Positions 19,900 through 29,408 of a DNA stretch of 64,000 nt are shown here, in pieces. Position numbers and translations under genes: made by a program. Each line of letters begins with the position of its first letter. Positions within the stretch are counted from its first letter, which is position 1. The stretch lies in the sequence record LR756508.1, one strand, 5' to 3'. The notes beneath the pieces are model-generated. The model was not told the DNA's origin and made no database searches. It saw only the letters and a list, made by a program, of their open reading frames with translations.

Positions 19900-21681
19900 A
19901 TGGCAGAAATTCCAGAAAAATACAATGATTTAGATTTTGTTCCGCCTAAAGCAGCTCAAGAAAACGCGCAGAAAGCTTTAAGATGGAGAGATGAGCACGG
20001 CGATGAGATTGATGCAGGAACAAGGGTTGGATGGATTCGAGCCAACCAGCTTGCAAAAGGAAAAAAGCTTTCTCCCGATATTGTTCGTCGGATGGCTCAA
20101 TTTAATCGCCACAGAAGCAATTCAGAGATTGCTGATAAGCATAAGGGTGAGCCTTGGAAAGATAATGGATATATGGCCTGGTGTGTTAGTGGCGATACAA
20201 GAGTTTTAACTAACAATGGTTACATTCCTATAAAAAAAATATATGAGTCTGATCAAGAGTTTAAGGCACTCTCATATAATCCAGAGGAGTATCGTTTTGA
20301 ATATAAAAAAATTACTAACAGATTTAGAAAAAAATCAGATCCATCAAAGTTTTTAAGAATAGATCTTGGACGTCCCCATCGAGCAGTTGCTGGCCGTGAA
20401 CATTTAAAGATCACAGCAGAACATGAGATCATGACGGGAGGAGAATGGCTTTCATCTAAAAAGTTAGAGAAAAATGATTTTGTAGACATCGCTAACAACT
20501 TTGTTGACTCTACTACTAAGAAGATAATTTATGGTTCTCTTTTAGGAGATGGTTCATTAGACAAAAATGGCAGGTTTGTTGAAATTCACGGTATGAACCA
20601 GAAAGAATATGCATTAGAATTACAAAGACTTTTGAAAAAACTAGATTGTAGAGTTAGCACTCATATTTCAAAATCTGGATATGGTGGTGATAATGAAAAA
20701 ATCCAGTTACGATCCAAAGTTAACTATTCTCTCAAAAAGCTTCGGGATTCTTTATATACCCCTACTAAAAAATTAGAAAAAAGTTTTTTAGGGCAGATTG
20801 ACAGTATTGCTATGGCCTTTTGGATCATGGGGGATGGTAGTTTACATGAGTGCAAAAATAATCAAGACAACTATTATTATCGAATTCATACTGAGGGCTT
20901 TGATAACCAATCAATTTCAAATTTATCAGATTACTTCGAAACGAAAAATATTAACCATTATATCTATCAAAGAGGTAATACTGATGGAAAATATTTTAGG
21001 ATTCCAAGAGAAGATGCTAAAAGGTTAAGCAGTGAGATAGCAAATTATGTTTGCGAGCCTATGAGTTACAAGCTGTATCCTGAACATCGAGAAAAAAAGT
21101 ATTTCTTAAAAGATTTCGAACCAGAAACTGCATTTGAAAAAAATAAAATTAAAATTAAAAATATAAAAAGATGCTCAGAATTTTCGGATTATTATCTCAA
21201 AAAACATGACTTAAATTATCAGTACGATATTAAGGTGAAAGATAACCATAATTATGTAGCAGATGGGGTAATTGTTCATAATTGTCTCTGGGGTGGTGAT
21301 GAAGGAGTAGACTGGGCAATAAGAAAGACCGATCAAATGGACAGGAGAGATAACCAGCAGAATGAATCATCAACATTCCGAACAGACGAAATGAAAAAAT
21401 TAAAAGAAAAAAGACTTCGGAGAGTCATTCGTGAAATTGTAAATGAAACTTTGTATGGAAAAGAGTTCGGGAGCAATTATACTTTCTACGATAAAAGTAG
21501 TGACGAAAAACTCGGTAGTTTTTCTTCTCACAATACAAAACTCGTAGTATTCAGGGAGTCTAAAGAAAAAGTATATATGAAGGTAACAAATAAAAGAACT
21601 GGAGAAACTTCAGGGAAAATCTATGTTGAAAATGTAGAGGAGCTTCAAGACTTCTTGGATGTTGTGAATATAATAGCTTAA
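19900..21681 (+). CDS. Head-morphogenesis-associated protein (GTxVGWxRANQLA...WxxWGG domain) with an intein and a C-terminal leader-motif domain
   Basis: Extein GTRVGWIRANQLAKG...GYMAW|CLWGGDEG. Internal MKKLKEKRLRRVIREIVNE. Confidence 0.7.
   Translation: MAEIPEKYNDLDFVPPKAAQENAQKALRWRDEHGDEIDAGTRVGWIRANQLAKGKKLSPDIVRRMAQFNRHRSNSEIADKHKGEPWKDNGYMAWCVSGDTRVLTNNGYIPIKKIYESDQEFKALSYNPEEYRFEYKKITNRFRKKSDPSKFLRIDLGRPHRAVAGREHLKITAEHEIMTGGEWLSSKKLEKNDFVDIANNFVDSTTKKIIYGSLLGDGSLDKNGRFVEIHGMNQKEYALELQRLLKKLDCRVSTHISKSGYGGDNEKIQLRSKVNYSLKKLRDSLYTPTKKLEKSFLGQIDSIAMAFWIMGDGSLHECKNNQDNYYYRIHTEGFDNQSISNLSDYFETKNINHYIYQRGNTDGKYFRIPREDAKRLSSEIANYVCEPMSYKLYPEHREKKYFLKDFEPETAFEKNKIKIKNIKRCSEFSDYYLKKHDLNYQYDIKVKDNHNYVADGVIVHNCLWGGDEGVDWAIRKTDQMDRRDNQQNESSTFRTDEMKKLKEKRLRRVIREIVNETLYGKEFGSNYTFYDKSSDEKLGSFSSHNTKLVVFRESKEKVYMKVTNKRTGETSGKIYVENVEELQDFLDVVNIIA
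20182..21282 (+). mobile_element. Intein with LAGLIDADG endonuclease (367 aa)
   Basis: CVSGDTRV start, IYGSLLGDGSL and FWIMGDG blocks, NYVADGVIVHN end, +1 Cys. Confidence 0.9.
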
Positions 21682-21762
21682 ACTTCGAGGTTTTTTCAAA
21701 CCCAATACCTCTATATCGAGGTATTTATGTTTGTACAGAATGCCAAAAAAAAGTTCTAAAAG

Positions 21763-24700
21763 ATGGCAAAAGAAACAAGATCTACATTAGGAAAGGCACT
21801 TTCAAGACTCTTCTCTTCTAATATAGTCGTTAGAAATCTTGGAGGAAACCAGCTCAAAATTGTCGATCCCTCCAATATCCAAAGCGTAGCAAGCAAATAC
21901 TACGAGACAAAATATAAAGGGCTTCACTCGTATAACGAAGGAGGTAGAGCGCACCGCCAACACCAGCAGGCTCCAGGTAGCAACATTGGCTACCTTTCAG
22001 AGAGAACTGGCCTGTATCGCGATTATGAAACGATGGATACCGATGCCATTATTTCTGCTGCTCTTGATATGTACGCCGACGAGGCGTGCGCAGAAAACGA
22101 GTATGGAAATGTCTTGACTATTGACGCAGGGGATCAAGAAATAAAAGACATTCTCCACAATCTCTTTTACGAGATTCTTGATATTGAGTTTAACCTCAGG
22201 TGGTGGGTTCGTACCTTAACAAAGTATGGCGATTGTTACCTCAAACTTTCAATTTCCGACGAGTATGGAGTCGTAAGCGCAGAACCGATGTCGCCTTTTG
22301 AAGTTGAAAGGATGGAGCGAACCGACTCAGACGATCCTTACTCTGTTACGTTTAAGCATAAAGGATTTTCAAACCAGCCAGAGTATGAATTCTGGCAGGT
22401 TGCACACTTCCGTCTTTTGTCGGATGGAAACTATCTGCCATACGGGAAGTGCCTGGCACCCGAAACAAAAGTTTCTACTGAGTTCGGAGAAAGGAGTATT
22501 TGTAATATTGAGCCAGGGGATTCGGTCTGGACTTATGATTATGAAAACGAGAAGTTTGAGCTTAGCACAGTGAAAAACACTAAGTGCTCAGGTGAAAAAG
22601 AATTAATTAAAATCTCAACGAAATATAACTATGTAAGGTGCTCGAAAAACCATCCTGTCTTAGTAGTTGATAAAGAAACGAGAGAGTATTGTTACAAGAA
22701 AGCGGCTAATTTATTAGTTGGAGATCTTTTGGTCCAGTCAGATAATCAAGAAACTGGAAGTTTTGGGGGTGTTGAAGGAAAAGATGCCGCTCTTTCGCCT
22801 GTAAAGTCAGTGAGAAAAAGCGGAAAAGAAGATGTCTGGGATATCCAAGTTAATTCTAACAATAACAACTTTGTAGCGAATAGAACAGTTGTTCATAATT
22901 CCGTTTTAGAGGGTGCAAGAAGAACTTGGAAACAGCTCTGCCTGCATGAACAAAGTCGCATAAAAACTGCGGATGGCCCTAAGAAAATTAAAAATGTGAC
23001 CTCCGAAGACAAAGTATACTCTTTTGATCCAGAGAGTGGCGACTTGGTTAAAACATCCGTGAAAGCCTGCATGGAAATGGGAAGTCAGGACACCTATACA
23101 GTCTCGACAAAGACTAGACAAATAAGAGCTACTGATCGCCACGGACTTTTAGTCTTTAACAAAGATAAGAATTTTCATTATAAGGCAGTGGAGAATCTCC
23201 AAACTGGCACGGATAAGTTAATCGTGCCGAAAGACGGTGGGAGCCATGAACTGCAAAATATTAGAAGTGTTGAGTTATTCGAAGAAAACTCAAAGACTTA
23301 TGACTTGGAGGTAGAGAACGATCTTCATAATTTTGTAGCCGATGGAGTAGTTTCTCATAACACTCTGCTAGAGGATGCCATGCTTGTCCACCGCATCATG
23401 AGGGCTCCAGAAAAAAGAATCTTTCGTATTGACGTGGGGAATATCGAGCCCGATGCAGTTGACACGTTTATGGATCAAATTGTCCAGGAGATAAATAAAA
23501 CTCCACTTATTGATCCAGAGACGGGGGAGTATAACCTGAAGTATAATATGCAGAATATGATTGAGGACTATTACCTTCCTGTTCGGGGCGATGAGTCTGG
23601 CACCGAGATCGACACTCTTTCGGGGCTTGAGTATCAGGCGATTGAAGACGTCGAATACTTGCGGAAGAAGATGATGACTGCTCTCCGCATTCCAAATGCA
23701 TTCCTTGGATACGAAAAAGAACTTGAAGGAAAATGCCTTCACCCCGATACCAGAATCGAACTTCTCTCGGGTGAAAGTATGAGGGTGGAAGATATAGCCG
23801 TAGAGTATGAGACAGATGAAGATTCTCTCTGGACCTATTCTTATGATTTTGAGGAAAACCGAGTGGTTCCTGGAAAAATTGTGGAAGCCGAGAAAACGAG
23901 AGAAAACGTTGAAATCGTTGAGGTTGTGTTAGACAACGGCGAAACGGTGAAGACAACTCCAGACCACGACTTTATCCTTCAGGACGGCACGGAAGTGGAA
24001 GCTCAAAATCTGGAGGAAGGCGATAGCTTGAGGACGATTGAGAGAAGGAAAAAAGAGCTTGGGAATAACACCTGCGAATACGAACAGGTATGGCAACCAG
24101 AGGAGGAAAAGTGGGAGTGGACCCACAAGATGGTTGACAGGTATTTTAATGGTGAAATTGAAAGAAACGGTTATAGCGAAGATGGGCGATTTTCTTACGA
24201 TAATCTTACCGTCGTACACCACGAAGATTTTGATCGCTACAACAATTCTCCGAACAACCTGCGGAGAATGAACTTCAAGGATCATCGGGAGCTTCATAAC
24301 GAAAATCTTTCCGATGAGTGGTACGAGTGGCAAGATAAAAGAGCCGAGCTAAATAAAACTGAGGAGTATAGGGAGTGGGCCTCAAAGAGAGCGAAGAGGT
24401 GGATGGAGGAAAATCCTGAAAACAAATATAACATTCGTGACGTCTGGCTCTCACTCTCTCCCGAAGAGCGTTCTGAGATTGTAGCGGATGGGTGGAACGA
24501 AGAAAGAAAGAAAAAACAAGCAGAGCGAGCTCGTGAAAACAGCCGAGCCCAGCAGATGCTTGAAGCGAAAAGAGAAAATAATTTCGAGAGCACTCTTGAA
24601 GGCGAAGACCATCCAAGACATCGAAAACGACCTTCATTTGATGAAATCGTTGAGTTTGTTGAAAACTATGAGGGCGATCCAGAAGATGTTTCAACAATAT

Positions 24701-25923
24701 GGAATTTGGAAGATTCATTCGGCTTGACAAAGTATATTCTTCAAGAAGTAATTGAAGAAAACGGTTATAATTGTACGCAATTTATGAATGAGTTTTGGGG
24801 CTTCAAGCGTGGTAGACCGAAAGATCTGCATCCCGAGACTTTTATTGATCTTTCGGCTTCCTGTGAGGATATGGAGGAATTTGTTGATAGAATTGATGCT
24901 TATTCGAAGCGAACTGCCAAGTCGATAGTAGAAAATAATGGGTTTGAGTTTGAAGAGTGGAAAGAGAATATTTTAGGGTCTCGATATAATCACAAAGTGG
25001 TTGAAGTTAACGAGCTAGAGGAAAAAGTTGACACATATAACATTGAAGTAGAGGATAAAAATAATAACCATAACTTTTTGACTGCCACAGGTTTAACCCT
25101 CAAAAATTCGACGTTGAGTCAGCAAAGTATTAAATTCGCCAATCAGGTAAAGTATATTCAAAAGATTGTTGTTTCCGAGCTAAAGAAAATAGCGATGATC
25201 CATCTTTTCTCCCTCGGAATCAGAGACCAGAGGCTAGTTCAGTTTGACTTATCCCTCACCTCCCCTTCCACGGTCCAGGAGAGTGAATACCTCGACCTAC
25301 TCAGCCAAAAAGTTGATCTGGCGAGAACTATTACCGAACTCCCATTGTTTTCTACCGACTGGATTTACAAGAAGCTCTTCAACCTTTCCGACGACGAAAT
25401 TGAGAGGCAGAGAGACCTCAAGAAAGACGATTGGAAGAGGCAGTTTCAACAGGACCAGATCACGAGAGAAGGAAACGACCCAGTTAAAACTGGCCAGTCT
25501 TTTGGAACTCCTCACGACCTCGCCCAGAGTGGTTCTGCAAACATTAAACCTCTTGATCTTGAGAAGAAAGAAAAAGAAAAGCAGAAGAATAAAGCCGTAA
25601 AGAATATGCAGAAATCGAAGCAGAATAAACTGGGAGGAGATCCGCTAGGAAAAGATAAAGCATTTGATAACTCCAACCTGCGAACTGGCGACCCAGACTA
25701 CGAACAAAGATACAGAGATAGAAGGGGACTTCCTGTCGATCACTTTCTGCCAGGAAAAAAGAAAGACTTGATAAAAGAAAGCCTGTCCTCTATAGAAGAC
25801 GCAGATAAAATTGAAGAAGCCATAGAAAATATCGATGCTGCCGGAGGAGTTTCCAAAGAAGACCTTTCAGACTATGAAAAAGGTACATTTATGGATGAAA
25901 GTGTGTTGGATCACAGCGTGTAA
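21763..25923 (+). CDS. gp20: Portal protein with three inteins (about 637 aa after splicing)
   Basis: gp20 motifs YETMDTDAII, LLEDAMLVHRIMRAPEKRIF, EDYYLPVRGDESGTEIDTLSG, YLRKKMMTALRIP. Confidence 0.95.
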   Translation: MAKETRSTLGKALSRLFSSNIVVRNLGGNQLKIVDPSNIQSVASKYYETKYKGLHSYNEGGRAHRQHQQAPGSNIGYLSERTGLYRDYETMDTDAIISAALDMYADEACAENEYGNVLTIDAGDQEIKDILHNLFYEILDIEFNLRWWVRTLTKYGDCYLKLSISDEYGVVSAEPMSPFEVERMERTDSDDPYSVTFKHKGFSNQPEYEFWQVAHFRLLSDGNYLPYGKCLAPETKVSTEFGERSICNIEPGDSVWTYDYENEKFELSTVKNTKCSGEKELIKISTKYNYVRCSKNHPVLVVDKETREYCYKKAANLLVGDLLVQSDNQETGSFGGVEGKDAALSPVKSVRKSGKEDVWDIQVNSNNNNFVANRTVVHNSVLEGARRTWKQLCLHEQSRIKTADGPKKIKNVTSEDKVYSFDPESGDLVKTSVKACMEMGSQDTYTVSTKTRQIRATDRHGLLVFNKDKNFHYKAVENLQTGTDKLIVPKDGGSHELQNIRSVELFEENSKTYDLEVENDLHNFVADGVVSHNTLLEDAMLVHRIMRAPEKRIFRIDVGNIEPDAVDTFMDQIVQEINKTPLIDPETGEYNLKYNMQNMIEDYYLPVRGDESGTEIDTLSGLEYQAIEDVEYLRKKMMTALRIPNAFLGYEKELEGKCLHPDTRIELLSGESMRVEDIAVEYETDEDSLWTYSYDFEENRVVPGKIVEAEKTRENVEIVEVVLDNGETVKTTPDHDFILQDGTEVEAQNLEEGDSLRTIERRKKELGNNTCEYEQVWQPEEEKWEWTHKMVDRYFNGEIERNGYSEDGRFSYDNLTVVHHEDFDRYNNSPNNLRRMNFKDHRELHNENLSDEWYEWQDKRAELNKTEEYREWASKRAKRWMEENPENKYNIRDVWLSLSPEERSEIVADGWNEERKKKQAERARENSRAQQMLEAKRENNFESTLEGEDHPRHRKRPSFDEIVEFVENYEGDPEDVSTIWNLEDSFGLTKYILQEVIEENGYNCTQFMNEFWGFKRGRPKDLHPETFIDLSASCEDMEEFVDRIDAYSKRTAKSIVENNGFEFEEWKENILGSRYNHKVVEVNELEEKVDTYNIEVEDKNNNHNFLTATGLTLKNSTLSQQSIKFANQVKYIQKIVVSELKKIAMIHLFSLGIRDQRLVQFDLSLTSPSTVQESEYLDLLSQKVDLARTITELPLFSTDWIYKKLFNLSDDEIERQRDLKKDDWKRQFQQDQITREGNDPVKTGQSFGTPHDLAQSGSANIKPLDLEKKEKEKQKNKAVKNMQKSKQNKLGGDPLGKDKAFDNSNLRTGDPDYEQRYRDRRGLPVDHFLPGKKKDLIKESLSSIEDADKIEEAIENIDAAGGVSKEDLSDYEKGTFMDESVLDHSV
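22450..22899 (+). mobile_element. Mini-intein 1 in portal (150 aa)
   Basis: YGK|CLAPETKV...NFVANRTVVHN|S. No endonuclease. Confidence 0.9.
22939..23361 (+). mobile_element. Mini-intein 2 in portal (141 aa)
   Basis: KQL|CLHEQSRI...HNFVADGVVSHN|T. No endonuclease. Confidence 0.9.
23734..25107 (+). mobile_element. Intein 3 in portal with HNH endonuclease (458 aa)
   Basis: EGK|CLHPDTRI...HNFLTATGLTLKN|S, with internal VVHHEDFDRYNNSPNNL. Confidence 0.85.
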
Positions 25924-26030
25924 AGCATCCAACACTAATTTAGTATATTTTCATACTACTTATATATGGAATTTTGCGGGAAATTAATACAAGTAAAGAT
26001 ATTAATTTTCCCAATGAAGAATTGTTTTAA

Positions 26031-26124
26031 CATAGTGGCAGAAAAGTTGGCCTCGGAAAAGTTTTAAGAGTCTTATTATGTCTTTCGGTAGAAGAGAACG
26101 CGGAAGAGACAAAAAAGAGTTCAA
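26031..26124 (+). mobile_element. Highly degraded remnant of the IS200/IS605-derived mini-element
   Basis: ATAGTGGCAGAAAAGTTGGCCTC matches copy A ATAGCGGCAGAAAAGCTGGTCTC at 20/23. It shares AGAACGCG with copy B and ends GAGTTCAA. Confidence 0.45.
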
Positions 26125-26148
26125 CTCAATTTGAGAGAACTAATAACT

Positions 26149-27024
26149 ATGAAAACGATCAACCACTCGAAGTATAAGAACCCCATGATTCTGTTCGAGC
26201 TTCTTACTCGGCAGATAACTGTTGATTTGTTAAATGAGGCCAACGCTTCTCCTGCTATCAAAATCCTAAAAAACTATTTCGGGAGCGAGACGGAGCTAAA
26301 AAAAGAGCACGCTCTTTATAAAACTCTGATTGACGAAAACTTTCGTTCTAGAGACAGGGCCGAAGAACTTCTCAATGAAGTTGTGAAGAGGAGGAAAAAG
26401 CTAGACAACAAAAAATTATACAATCAAAAGTATAATTTGGTAGGAGAAATTAAAGAAAACTACTCTCTTGATGATTTTTTTCAGTCTCGGATTGACAAGT
26501 ATAAAGAATATGCATCAATATACAAAATCTTCGAGTATAAGACTTCCGACAGCGAATATGACCCAGCAGATGCTGTAAGAAGTAAGGATACAATCCTAGA
26601 GCATATTACTGAAGGCGGTTCTGAAGAGGAAAAAGAGTTTAAGCGAGCTAAAGACGAAGTCCTACAAGGGTTTGAGAGTAAGCCGAAAGATATGAGAATG
26701 CTTACTCAGAAGCTTATGATCGAGAAGTTTAACGAAAAATACGAGTCGCTTCTCTCTGAGCAGAAAGAGCTTTTGAAAAAGTATATTAATAACATTTCAA
26801 ATACCAATTCTCTTCGCGATTACGTCAACGGGGAAGTAGAAAGAATCAAGTCTGAGCTTAAAGATCTCGTCCCATCAATTAATGAAGAATCGACGCGAAT
26901 TAAAGTAAACGAAACCGTTAAGCTTATTGACGGGCTGAAAAGTGGAAACCACGTAAGAGACGATCAAGTCTCTTCTCTTATGATGTATTATCAACTTCTT
27001 AATGAAGTAAAGTCTACAGTTTGA
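26149..27024 (+). CDS. Conserved portal-adjacent protein (probable prohead core component)
   Basis: Helical protein starting MKTINHSKYKNPMILFELLTRQIT, directly after the portal. ATG at 26149 preferred. Confidence 0.55.
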   Translation: MKTINHSKYKNPMILFELLTRQITVDLLNEANASPAIKILKNYFGSETELKKEHALYKTLIDENFRSRDRAEELLNEVVKRRKKLDNKKLYNQKYNLVGEIKENYSLDDFFQSRIDKYKEYASIYKIFEYKTSDSEYDPADAVRSKDTILEHITEGGSEEEKEFKRAKDEVLQGFESKPKDMRMLTQKLMIEKFNEKYESLLSEQKELLKKYINNISNTNSLRDYVNGEVERIKSELKDLVPSINEESTRIKVNETVKLIDGLKSGNHVRDDQVSSLMMYYQLLNEVKSTV

Positions 27025-27095
27025 GTTCTCTTAGAACTTCTCCAGATTTTTTTGAAAAGAGTATTTTGAAGTTTCCACCAAAAACTTGAAACTGC

Positions 27096-27602
27096 ATGTT
27101 TGAAGAAATTCCAGATCAGCTCAGAAGTTGGAGAGTTGATCAAGTAATCGAGGCTTTGAGCTTCCGAAAAGTATTCGGCTGGAATAGTGAAGAAAGAAAA
27201 CAGGTTGAAAAAGAGCTTTTGAAAGTCTCTAAAAGTAAAGTTTCTCACCCTTACGAGCGGGAAGTTTATCTTCCAGAAGTTTGGGATTATCTTTCCGGTG
27301 AGGTCAAGGAGTACATTGTTAAAGCTTACAACTCCGATAAGTATTCTTACGAGGAGCCGATAAAAATGGAAAATGTAGAAAAACTGGTTCGCGAAGAGTT
27401 AAGTAAAGTGCTGGGCGAAGAAAAAACTGGTTTTGATCCTGAGAAGATGTTGAAGCTTGGAGAAAAAAATAAGCGCATCGAGAAAGAAATAAAGAAAAGA
27501 GCTGAAAACCAGAGGCGACCGCACGAGAACGTTTTGAAGTTTGTTTTTGAACGCTTTGTTTTAGAAAACGGCGAATTAAATCGTAAGTATCAAAAAATAT
27601 AG
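27096..27602 (+). CDS. Hypothetical protein with internal leader-like helix
   Basis: Internal MENVEKLVREELSKVLGE. Confidence 0.55.
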   Translation: MFEEIPDQLRSWRVDQVIEALSFRKVFGWNSEERKQVEKELLKVSKSKVSHPYEREVYLPEVWDYLSGEVKEYIVKAYNSDKYSYEEPIKMENVEKLVREELSKVLGEEKTGFDPEKMLKLGEKNKRIEKEIKKRAENQRRPHENVLKFVFERFVLENGELNRKYQKI

Positions 27603-27604
27603 GT

Positions 27605-27952
27605 ATGGAAAACTCGTTTGAAAAACTTGTTGATAAAAGTGTGGATGAGGCGTTTCAATCCTTAGATGTTGAAAAAAAGGCTGAAAGCGAAAACAAGATA
27701 AAAAAGAAATTAAAAAAGAAGATTGAAAAGGTTTTAAACGAGGACGAAAACTCCGTTGCTACTGTTAAAATTGTTGCAGATGACGAAAAGACTGTAGAAA
27801 AGGTTTTCGATATAATTAAGTTTATTGAACGCGCCTGCAATACCGATGAATCCAAAAGTATTCTGGTTAAAGACTCTGCTGGCGTGAAAGAATGGGTTTT
27901 CGATGGCGACGGAGAAATAGCTGATGTGAATGTTAAATATCAGAAAGATTAA
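27605..27952 (+). CDS. Hypothetical small protein
   Basis: Tightly packed ORF starting MENSFEKLVDKSVDEAF. Confidence 0.55.
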   Translation: MENSFEKLVDKSVDEAFQSLDVEKKAESENKIKKKLKKKIEKVLNEDENSVATVKIVADDEKTVEKVFDIIKFIERACNTDESKSILVKDSAGVKEWVFDGDGEIADVNVKYQKD

Positions 27953-27954
27953 AA

Positions 27955-28350
27955 GTGCCTGATATTACGCGATCTGATTTGTTCAATATTGTAAAAAACC
28001 AGTTGAAGGAGCGCCAGATTGGGACGTTCGCCGAAGATATTACCATCTACGTCGATGTCTCGAAGACTCGGCATGCTAAAAGAAGGCAGGATCGCCACAA
28101 TACTAAGATCACCGATGATGAAATAGTAGCCACTGCAGAAGCTGCAGGTGATGAGATCATGCAGAGCATTTTGGAAGGACATTTGGACCCTGGTGACGAG
28201 GTTTTAATACGAGATAATACGTATAATTTAAACCTGGTGTGTAAACTCGTGAAAGAAAGTGATAATGAGTTCACTTTAAAGGTAATAACGGTGATGATTA
28301 AGAAAAATTTCAGGCCAAAATCTGGCACTAAAGTTGTTGATATTTATTAG
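27955..28350 (+). CDS. Leader-motif protein with possible BECR/DUF4258-like RNase fold
   Basis: TRHAKRRQDRH...ITDDEI...LKVITVM pattern. Leader MPDITRSDLFNIVKNQLKE. Confidence 0.35.
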   Translation: MPDITRSDLFNIVKNQLKERQIGTFAEDITIYVDVSKTRHAKRRQDRHNTKITDDEIVATAEAAGDEIMQSILEGHLDPGDEVLIRDNTYNLNLVCKLVKESDNEFTLKVITVMIKKNFRPKSGTKVVDIY

Positions 28351-28403
28351 TCTGTCAGTGTTTTGTATTCAATTTAATATTAAACTCAAGCAGACAAGAC
28401 CTG

Positions 28404-28838
28404 ATGAAGCTAACTGAACGAAAGCTTCGAAATTTGGTAAAAGAGGTGCTAAAAGAATCCACGGGGCTCCAGCAGTTTCCTGGATCACCTCCGAGGGCAG
28501 GACACCTGCCTGCAGGAATGGAAAGAGATCTTGGTGGAAGAGTCGGCCTGCCAGAGCCCTGGTATGAGAAACTTGGCTACCAGCAGTTAAACCACCCAGA
28601 AGCCGATGACATGTTCAAAGATTTAGATCCAAAATCTCCAATTGTAAAACAGCAGACTTCAGTTTCTTCTACCGATCAAGAGTCGAGTGCTATTAACGTT
28701 CAAAAACGCAAGGCCGACGATGAAACTGTTGATAAAGAGCGCGAAAGCGAAGGAAGTGAGGAAAAAGAAATAGAACAAAACGCCGAAGATAAGCTGCGTG
28801 AAATTGTTCGTTCTGAGATAAAGAATATTCTTAGTTAA
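28404..28838 (+). CDS. Leader-motif hypothetical protein
   Basis: N-terminal MKLTERKLRNLVKEVLKE and C-terminal EDKLREIVRSEIKNILS. Confidence 0.6.
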   Translation: MKLTERKLRNLVKEVLKESTGLQQFPGSPPRAGHLPAGMERDLGGRVGLPEPWYEKLGYQQLNHPEADDMFKDLDPKSPIVKQQTSVSSTDQESSAINVQKRKADDETVDKERESEGSEEKEIEQNAEDKLREIVRSEIKNILS

Positions 28839-28850
28839 GAGAGATTTGAC

Positions 28851-29123
28851 ATGGACCTGACATCTGAAAAGTTAGAGCAGTTTATTGTTCAAGAGCTCGA
28901 AACTACAAATCAAATTAATGACGTTATAGCAGAATTAGATCGCATCTCGGATGTGTTTGATAAAAACCTTGAAGAACTAGAAGAGCTGGTTGAGCAGTCT
29001 AAGAATATTGATGAGGATATCGCCGATAAAATCCAAATTTTTTATTATCAGATCCTTGATGATTCCTCGGACTTGAATTTTTTCATTGAAGAGCTAAAAC
29101 ACAAATACAATTATAGAAAATAG
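28851..29123 (+). CDS. Leader-motif acidic helical protein
   Basis: MDLTSEKLEQFIVQELE. Confidence 0.55.
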   Translation: MDLTSEKLEQFIVQELETTNQINDVIAELDRISDVFDKNLEELEELVEQSKNIDEDIADKIQIFYYQILDDSSDLNFFIEELKHKYNYRK

Positions 29124-29408
29124 ATGAAAATATCTGAGCAGAGAGTTAGGAATATTATAAGGAAAGAACTTAAAAGTCTTGTTGAGCAGGAAGAAGGTCC
29201 TGTCGAGTATAACTCATCTATCGTTATTCGGTTGATTCAATCGGATGATTTTTTGGAGCAGAGCTTCGATGAAGAAGAGGGGTCAGTAGCGGATCGGCTG
29301 CGTTACGTCTTCGACGAATTTGTTCGGGGCGATGAAGACCTGGAAAGAAAGTATCGCAGTGTTCGCCAAAAGCTGAAAGATGAATTAACAAGAGAAGATG
29401 ATGAATAA
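29124..29408 (+). CDS. Leader-motif small protein
   Basis: MKISEQRVRNIIRKELKSLVEQE. Confidence 0.6.
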   Translation: MKISEQRVRNIIRKELKSLVEQEEGPVEYNSSIVIRLIQSDDFLEQSFDEEEGSVADRLRYVFDEFVRGDEDLERKYRSVRQKLKDELTREDDE

